Source of the DNA: Takakia lepidozioides
Lineage: Eukaryota; Plantae; Bryophyta
NCBI GenBank assembly: GCA_030704615.1
Contig: JAKLZA010000089.1
Span: 1-9,737, forward strand
Direction: 5' to 3'
Length of the DNA: 9,737 bases
Shown here: positions 1 to 6,321 of the stretch, in pieces
How positions within the stretch are numbered: the stretch's first letter is position 1
Layout: each line of letters starts with the position of its first letter
The notes under the pieces: generated by a model
Databases searched by the model: none
What the model saw: only the letters and a program-made list of their open reading frames with translations
What the model was told of the DNA's origin: nothing
Translations under genes and position numbers: made by a program

Positions 1-1480
1 TGGACAGGCTGTGATGGTCTGTGATGGGTGTGACAGGCTGTGCCTGTCCCTGTGGGGCTGTGAACGGGCTTTGTCAGGCTGTTGACAGGCTGTGCCCAGT
101 GGCCCTTTGGGGCTTGACTTGACGCGGGCTGTGACAGCTTGTGCTGAGGCCCTTTGGGGCTGGACGGGCTGTGTGGGCTGTGACCAGCTGCCCTGTGCCC
201 TTGGGGCGTTTGACGGCCTGTGTCAGGCTGTGGCGAGCTGTGACGGCTGTGCGGGCTGTGACAACAGGCTGTGTCCCTGAGGCTGTGGGGCTGTGACGGC
301 TGTGAACAGGCTGTGGCGAGCCTGTGACCAATGCTGTGCCCAGGCCTTGGGGCGGTGACGGGCTGTTGACATGCTGTGCCCAGGCCTGTGGGCTGTGAAC
401 GGGCTGTGACAGGCTGTGGCAAGCTGTGCAGGCTGTGATGGGCTTGAGGTTGTGACAGGCTGTGCCCTGTGCCTCTGTGGGCTGTGACGGCTGTGTCAGG
501 CTGTGACAGCTGTTCCCATGGCCTTTGGGGCTGTGACTGTCTGTGACCAGGCCATGCCTGAGGCCTTTTGGGGCTGTGACGGGCTGTGAGGGGTCTGTGA
601 CACAACATGCTGTGCCCTGTGCCCTTTGGGGCTGTGAACGGCTGTGTTCACGGCTGTGGCGAGCTGTGACGGGCTGTGAGGGGCTGTGACAGCTGCCCAG
701 TGGCCTGTGGGGCTTTGACGGGCTGTGACAGGCTGTGGCAAGCTGTGACCGGCTGTGATGGGCTGTGATGGGCTGTGACAGGCTGTGGCCCTTGGCCCTG
801 TGGGGCTGTGACGGGCTGTGTCAGCTGTCAGGCTGTGCCCAGTGGCCTTTGGGGCTGTGACGGGCTGTGAGTGGCTGTGACAGGCGGTGCCCTGAGGCTA
901 TGGGGCTGTGATGGGCTGTGACAGGCTGTGGCAGCTGTGACAGGCTGTGCCCATGGCCTTTGGGGCTGTGACGGGCTGTGAGGGGCTGTGACAGGCCGTG
1001 CCTGAGGCCTTTGAGGCTGTGACGGCTGTGAGGGGCTGTGAACAGGCCGTGCCATGGCCTTTGGGGCTGTGACGGGCTGTGAGGGGCTGTGACAGGCGTG
1101 TCCTGTGGCCTTTGGGTCTGTGAACGTGCTGTAGGGCTGTGAACAGGCCGTGCCCATGGGCCTTTGGGGCTGTGACGGGCTGTGAGGGGCTGTGACAGGC
1201 CGTGCCTGAGGCCTTTGGGGCTGTGAGGGCGTTAGTGGCTGTGACAGGCCGTGCCCTAGGCCTTTGAGGCCTGTGACGGCTGTGATGGGCTGTGACGGCT
1301 GTGAGTGGCCCTGTGACAGGCCGTGCCTGAGGCCTTTGAGGCTGTGACAGGCTGTGAGGGGCTGTGACAGGCTGTGCCCAGTGGCCTGTGGACTGTGACG
1401 GCTGTGACCAGTGAGCTGTGTGGCCTGTGCTGGTCTGTGGTGGCCCGTGTTGACCTGTGGACGGCCTGTGCTGACTCGTG
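1..1480. repeat. Tandem minisatellite array: ~10-bp subunit GGCTGTGAC(A/G)-like, organised as ~51-bp monomers (GGCCTTTGGGGCTGTGACGGGCTGTGAGGGGCTGTGACAGGCCGTGCCTGA-like); truncated by the left window edge
   Basis: The GGCC(T/C)TT anchor recurs at 955, 1006, 1056, 1107, 1159, 1210, 1259, 1331 and (as GGCCTG) 1383, with spacing 49-52 bp and one of 72. GGCTGTG recurs about every 10 bp throughout, and units decay between ~1410 and 1480. Confidence 0.97.
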
Positions 1481-1929
1481 GAGGCACTGGTGGACTGCCT
1501 AAGGACTGGCATGTGGTCTGGAAGGCCGAATTTTGAAGCTCGTGGAGGGCGGTTTGAGGAGTATCTTCATGATATTCCCATGGTCATGCAAGTGAGGAAG
1601 AGAGGAGAGGAAGAGTGTTGGGATGAGAGCATGCTGGGGTTAGGCATTGCTTTAGCTTCTCTTCCTCGTAGTTTCCACCCTCTCATTAGGCCAAGACCTT
1701 TCCGTAGGTGGAGGCAAGAGTCAGTCCGGGTTTGGGCTGGGGTGTCCTTGCAGGAGCAACACCGTGGAGTTGTTTTTGGTGTGGGGGAGTTGTCGATCTG
1801 ATTTCTTGTGTTTGGATCCCCTCCATACCTGCATGCTTGACTGTGCGCCATGCTAGTTTTGTGTGGGCGCTTGTTTTTATAGGTGATTGGTCCGGATTTG
1901 ATCACCGGCCAGTCCTAGAGCATGCTGTC

Positions 1930-2016
1930 GATGGTGAGGCTGGGGTGATGACCAGCCAGACCATCATTGTTTCTCCTGTGGTGAGGTTGGAGGTGATGAC
2001 CAGCCAACCATAGGAG
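1930..2016 (+). repeat. Two imperfect ~33-bp direct repeats (1932-1964 and 1979-2011), each able to form a hairpin
   Basis: TGGTGAGGCTGGGGTGATGACCAGCCAGACCAT versus TGGTGAGGTTGGAGGTGATGACCAGCCAACCAT. Confidence 0.85.
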
Positions 2017-2080
2017 TGCTTGCGGTGGATGCAGGTACAGGTGTAGGCTATGTTAGGAACTTAGTATTCCAAACCATAAG

Positions 2081-2088
2081 CCGCAACA
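2081..2088 (+). other. Possible 3' end of the 5' LTR (...CCGCAACA)
   Basis: Ends in ACA, complementary to the TGT after the candidate PPT, and lies shortly before the gag frame opens. No canonical TGG-starting PBS follows, so the call is tentative. Confidence 0.35.
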
Positions 2089-2349
2089 GGTTCTCTACCC
2101 GGTTACCTTGTGAGAGGGGGTTAGGGACATGTTCATGACCGGTTGAGTGTCAACACGGAGGTGCCACTAGTTGCTGGGGACAGTGCCGGTTCGAGCACTA
2201 GCGATACTAGTGGGTACACGAGACGAGGTGTGCGGTTTAGGCCACCTTCACCTCCTGTGTCTTCTACGGAAGGTTCTGATTCGGATTGTGAATCAGGAGG
2301 ACTCATACCGGCGGTGCAAGTTGTTTCTTTGCCATTGTTGTGGGACACA

Positions 2350-5300
2350 ATGGAGGAGATGTATGGAGCTACCAAGGGGCCACGAAGGTACTCTGGGGCG
2401 GTGGGCACCATCGAGTTGGATGATTTTATCCAAGAGTTTGATAGTTGGTGTGATTTGCAGCAAATGCGCAATCCACAACTATTTACGCCTTTCATGGCAT
2501 GGAAAGGGCTGTTTCAGCACCTTGAGGGGCCGCCTATGGATGATTACCATGAGTTCAGGCGGGGGCATGAGGTTGAGATCGAGGAGTGGAGGATGTACTG
2601 GTCACCCGACTATGTCTCCATCACTAGGGGCACTAGAGCCACGAGGGCAGTGGCTACACCTGCCGCTGCACCGGCAGCTTCAGCAAGCAGCAGTGGGACT
2701 GGTGGTACAGTAGCTACGACGTCCACCCAAGCCACTACCGCACCAGCACTAGCACCCGTGCCTGCCTTCAACCCTGTTGTGGAGTTCTTCGAAGAGTTGA
2801 GAGGGAACTACCAAGGGGTGAGGACAGAGAAGTTGCGGAGCTTGCAAGAGTTCCAACGGAAGCCGACCGAGAGCTTGAGGGAGGCTTTCACTCGCATGAG
2901 GCGCTTGATAAATGTAACCCAAGGGGTTACGGAAGCTCAGGCAGTCCAATTCTGGTATGGGATATTGGACAAGGAGCTGAGGAGAAGGGTGCGGGATGCA
3001 ACTCTCCTACAAGCGGCCCAACCCACCTTAGCAAATGTGTTTTTGCTGGCAGAGCGGATAGAGCTCAACATGGTGGAGGAACGAGTGGTCATGGTGGGAT
3101 TTGCTAAGGAGACACCACGGGGTAGTGGTGCTCCTAGCCAACCACTACCTCAACGTGCTCAAGGCAACAAGGGGGCTCAGGTGAAGCTCAGGGAAGGGCA
3201 GAGAGGACCTCAGATGCAGGGGTCTCTCCCTTCATTTGCTGGCCAACAACGGGCGGATGTGGTGTGCTGGACATGTGGAGGACCCCATGTCAAGAAGGAT
3301 TGCCCAGAGGGAGGCAAAGGGCCGGCACATGCACAGCCTGCACAGTTGCAGTGTGGGCATTGTGGCAAGCACGGGCATGGAGAGGCCCAGTGTTATGGTT
3401 TGCATCCTGAGTTGCGCCCAGGCCAGTTCCAAGGGAACAATGGTGGCCGGGGGCGAGGTGGAGCAGCCCAGAGAGGACGAGGTGGCCAGCCACGAGGTGC
3501 AGGCCAAGGGCAAGCTCAACATGGCCAAGGACGCGGAGGTCAGGGTGTTGACCAAGGCATGGCCAACCGGCTTCAGCAGCTAGAGCAGAGGCTCGCTGCC
3601 ATGGCTACAGCTCAGGTGGTACCGGCTCTAAGGCCGGATGGTCCACCTCCTGCTCCTGAGGGAGGAGATATGGGAGGCATGGGATTCATGTGTGGAGCAG
3701 CACTACCACTAGTGCAGGTGGAGTCTGCTGCAGCCGTGACTCGAGGAGCAGCACGAGTTCCTGAGCCACGAGGTGCAGAGGTGGAGTTGGATCCACAGCG
3801 TGGGGAGGCAAGCCGTCAGGCTAGGCTTCCTCAGTCATTCACATTGGCGGAGACAGTGTCGACGCCATCCATGGCACCTAGTTCTCGCCCGACTGTTACC
3901 GAGGCGGAGGTTACTATGCCATTGGGGAGAGCTACACGGGTAGCACCACTACCTAGTGTTGCCAAGGCTACGGCAGCTAGTGTGCTGCTAGGAGCGGCCA
4001 CATCTGTGTGCCAGGCTCCATTGTTCTCGGCTACCATGATTGCGACGCCGGGGGTAAGACCAGCTGAGGTGTTCAGGCTGGCAGCTACACTCTGTGAGAG
4101 TGGGGAGGTTACTTCATCTTCTGCGGAGATAGTGGGAGGTGTAGTGCCGGAGGGATCCTCGGATTTGAGGGTCAAGACTGCCACGGCGGCGCCATGGCAA
4201 GCTGCAGCTGCCAGGTTGATGGAGCTGCCAGCTAGGCCAGCCATTGAGCGCGCCATGGTGACACCTGGAGTTGTCATGTTAGACAACCAGGATGGCATTT
4301 TCTGTTTGAGTGGACCGGCAGGCAAGAGGTACCGGCCACTGCGGGTCTTGTTGGACTCGGGAGCTCAGCCATTGATGCTGGGCAGAGCTGCTATTGCAGG
4401 CTTGGGCCTCACGGAGGCGGATATGGAGCCTTGTCCTTTCCAGATACAGACGTCTCTGGGAGGATCGGAGCAGGCTCGGGGCATGACACGGCGTGAGTTG
4501 GCTATCAGACTACGGCCGGATCACCCTACAGATGGCTCAGTGATGCGAGCCAAGGCCATTGTGACAGACGCAGTCTCATACGATGTCCTGGTTGGTGGGG
4601 CAGTGTTGTACCCCATGGGCTTCACCCTGGATTTTTGGGAGGAGTCAGCTTCCTATAGGCCTGCATGGCAGTCAGGGGAGGGCCGGCGTGTGCAGCTCCC
4701 TGTGACGTTCATAGGAGGAGTTGCGGTTGCCCAGCGAGGCAAGATGCCGACACTAGCAGCATTCACAGCGGCAGTGAGTTGGCCTAGAGAGTTGCTTGAG
4801 GGCAATGCTCATTCAGAGGATGTACCACCTCCGGGAGAGCAGGATGACATGTATGGTATGGCGGAGTTGCCTACCATGGTTGCTCAGACTCCATTGTGGG
4901 GCACGAGCAAGGATTTGCAGCGGGATGCTGATCGACGGGTGCAACAAGCCTGGGTGGAGGCTTTTGTACCGTCAGGAGAGGAGGAGAGTGTGGGGATTGC
5001 ACCAGGACCACCTCAATTGTCTCCATTGGACACCACACCTATTGTGTGGCAGTATCCGGATGAAGGCATTTGTCTTCTGGACTTGTTTGGCGGGATCAGC
5101 ACCGGATTGGCTGCTGTGTTACAGGCAGGTGTACGAGTTCGGCGTTACCTGTATGTGGAGAGGGATGAGACTGCACGACGCGTTTCACTTCGCCATGTTG
5201 CTCAGTTGGTGCAGCGGTACCCTGAGTTGTTGTCGGTGTCTGCAATTCGTGGATATCAGCAGGCCTTGCCAGCAGACATTTCGTTGCTGGGGGCGCAGGA

Positions 5301-6315
5301 TTTGGAGCGGGTTGGCTCCATTGATCTGGTAGTGGCAGGTTGGCCCTGCCAAGGGCATTCATCAGCCGGGCATGGCAATGGATTGCGAGACTCGAGGTCG
5401 GGTCTGTTTTGGGAGATGGTGCGGGTTTTGCGCCACTTGCAGCTTCATCAAGCTGTATCTCCAGCATACATCTTGGAGAATGTGCCACTGATGGGCGATT
5501 CTCGGGCCAGGGTGATGGCCAGTGTGCATCAAGTCCGGTCGTGGCTTGGGTCAGCAGTGTTGCTAGATGCAGCTACAGTGGGGTCACGGGCTCATCGTCC
5601 ACGGCTATGGTGGACTAACTTGATGCCACCCGCACTGCTCAAGCGTGCATTTGATGGGGTGCAGCGGCCAGCACATCTCACAGTGGATAACATTCTGGAC
5701 ACAGGGAGGCAGTCTCAACGTGTGAGACACGATGACCGTTCGCCTTTGGCAGTGGTCAACAAGGTGGGTCAACCACGAGCAGCATTACCTACACTGCTCA
5801 GCTTCCCAGGATCGCATGCTTTCCGGGATAGTGGACCTGGCCTCCTGTGGGATGCTCAGTTGCAGCAGTTAGTGGAGCCTAATGCTGACGAGCGTGAGCG
5901 GGCAATGGGTTTTACCACTGGTACCACGGCGGTGTCGTCTCTTTCTGAGGCATCACGTCGTCAAGTGTTGGGGCAAGCAATGGATCTCAATTGCTTGACC
6001 TGGATTATCAGCTTGGCTCTGGCTGAGCAACGCAGAGTGCGGAATACACTTCCCTCAATGGTCTCTCTGCCTACCGAGACGGTACAGGCAGTGAGTGGGG
6101 GCGAGCATGTGAGGACCACGGGGTGCATGCATCCATGGCACACGTGGGAGGTGCTCGAGGTTCAGAGGGAGTTGGCAGCCAAGGCGGCTGTGATGGATGA
6201 GGTTGGGGATTCTTCTCGGGTTGAGGAGGTCCTCAAGGATGAGATGATGGGGCAGGATGAGGCCTTGTCATTGACTGAGCAGGTAGGGAGTACTGCTCAA
6301 GAGGTTGCAGCATAG
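2350..6315 (+). CDS. gag: ORF1: Gag - aspartic protease - DNMT3-like C5 cytosine methyltransferase polyprotein (1321 aa from first in-frame ATG; frame open from 2125, ORF-track start is TTG 2143)
   Basis: Gag-like N-terminus (PRRYSG...LDDFIQEFDSWC; FQRKPTESLREAFTRMRRL; FWYGILDKELRRRV), two CCHC knuckles, protease LLDSGAQ, and C5-MTase motifs I, IV, VI, VIII, IX and X. Ends at TAG 6313-6315. Confidence 0.92.
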   Translation: MEEMYGATKGPRRYSGAVGTIELDDFIQEFDSWCDLQQMRNPQLFTPFMAWKGLFQHLEGPPMDDYHEFRRGHEVEIEEWRMYWSPDYVSITRGTRATRAVATPAAAPAASASSSGTGGTVATTSTQATTAPALAPVPAFNPVVEFFEELRGNYQGVRTEKLRSLQEFQRKPTESLREAFTRMRRLINVTQGVTEAQAVQFWYGILDKELRRRVRDATLLQAAQPTLANVFLLAERIELNMVEERVVMVGFAKETPRGSGAPSQPLPQRAQGNKGAQVKLREGQRGPQMQGSLPSFAGQQRADVVCWTCGGPHVKKDCPEGGKGPAHAQPAQLQCGHCGKHGHGEAQCYGLHPELRPGQFQGNNGGRGRGGAAQRGRGGQPRGAGQGQAQHGQGRGGQGVDQGMANRLQQLEQRLAAMATAQVVPALRPDGPPPAPEGGDMGGMGFMCGAALPLVQVESAAAVTRGAARVPEPRGAEVELDPQRGEASRQARLPQSFTLAETVSTPSMAPSSRPTVTEAEVTMPLGRATRVAPLPSVAKATAASVLLGAATSVCQAPLFSATMIATPGVRPAEVFRLAATLCESGEVTSSSAEIVGGVVPEGSSDLRVKTATAAPWQAAAARLMELPARPAIERAMVTPGVVMLDNQDGIFCLSGPAGKRYRPLRVLLDSGAQPLMLGRAAIAGLGLTEADMEPCPFQIQTSLGGSEQARGMTRRELAIRLRPDHPTDGSVMRAKAIVTDAVSYDVLVGGAVLYPMGFTLDFWEESASYRPAWQSGEGRRVQLPVTFIGGVAVAQRGKMPTLAAFTAAVSWPRELLEGNAHSEDVPPPGEQDDMYGMAELPTMVAQTPLWGTSKDLQRDADRRVQQAWVEAFVPSGEEESVGIAPGPPQLSPLDTTPIVWQYPDEGICLLDLFGGISTGLAAVLQAGVRVRRYLYVERDETARRVSLRHVAQLVQRYPELLSVSAIRGYQQALPADISLLGAQDLERVGSIDLVVAGWPCQGHSSAGHGNGLRDSRSGLFWEMVRVLRHLQLHQAVSPAYILENVPLMGDSRARVMASVHQVRSWLGSAVLLDAATVGSRAHRPRLWWTNLMPPALLKRAFDGVQRPAHLTVDNILDTGRQSQRVRHDDRSPLAVVNKVGQPRAALPTLLSFPGSHAFRDSGPGLLWDAQLQQLVEPNADERERAMGFTTGTTAVSSLSEASRRQVLGQAMDLNCLTWIISLALAEQRRVRNTLPSMVSLPTETVQAVSGGEHVRTTGCMHPWHTWEVLEVQRELAAKAAVMDEVGDSSRVEEVLKDEMMGQDEALSLTEQVGSTAQEVAA
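3265..3393 (+). other. Two nucleocapsid zinc knuckles: CWTCGGPHVKKDC (CX2CX3HX4C) and CGHCGKHGHGEAQC (CX2CX4HX4C), followed by an RG/RGG-rich tract (~3442-3540)
   Basis: Motifs read directly in the ORF1 translation, starting at codons 3265 and 3352. Confidence 0.9.
4330..4640 (+). other. Retropepsin-type aspartic protease domain
   Basis: RVLLDSGAQ (catalytic D at 4354), flap-like IQTSLGG, and C-terminal YDVLVGGAVL matching the retropepsin D-h-h-h-G motif. Boundaries are approximate. Confidence 0.85.
5068..6020 (+). other. C5 DNA cytosine methyltransferase domain, DNMT3-like
   Basis: Motif I LLDLFGGISTG, motif II YVERD, motif IV DLVVAGWPCQ (catalytic Cys codon 5347), motif VI ILENV (5476), motif VIII AHRPRLWWTNL (5596), motif IX ERERAMGF and motif X RRQVLGQAM. 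These parallel animal DNMT3 as recalled (VLSLFDGIATG, DLVIGGSPCN, LFENV, AHRARYFWGNLP, EMERVFGF, RQRLLGRSW). Confidence 0.93.
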
Positions 6316-6321
6316 CAACCA
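6313..6321 (+). promoter_or_regulatory. Candidate programmed stop-codon readthrough signal TAG-CAA-CCA (UAG-CARYYA)
   Basis: The only stop between ORF1 and ORF2, which share a frame. The 3' hexamer CAACCA fits the tobamovirus-type CARYYA consensus, and 6316-6474 contains no in-frame stop. Confidence 0.7.

Noticed and set aside
1-800. Irregular 1-bp indels in the left part of the array
   Set aside because: May be older decay or unpolished long-read error; not interpretable without reads.
1-1480. CRISPR-like appearance of the regularly spaced repeats
   Set aside because: No unique spacers, units are head-to-tail and degenerate, there are no cas genes, and the context is a eukaryotic retroelement.
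74-1512. ORFs of 62-219 aa within the repeat array, on both strands
   Set aside because: Low-complexity translations of the tandem repeat (PVTAPHSPSQ...) that stay open because the unit lacks stops in those frames; no protein features.
1621-1650. 13-bp match GAGCATGCTGGGG (SMLGLG in ORF 1478-1801) to the RNase H coding region near 7467
   Set aside because: One 13-mer match within ~10 kb is roughly expected by chance, and the similarity does not extend.
1478-2013. ORFs 1478-1801, 1567-1905 and 1708-2013
   Set aside because: Short and mutually overlapping with no recognisable domains, in a probable LTR/leader region.
2121-2126. TTAGGG telomere-like hexamer
   Set aside because: A single copy, expected by chance.
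5068-6020. Bacterial restriction-modification methylase or retron/defence-system interpretation
   Set aside because: The MTase is fused within a Gag-protease polyprotein, and the RT, RNase H, integrase and PHD are of eukaryotic Ty3/Gypsy type; no endonuclease or operon structure is present.
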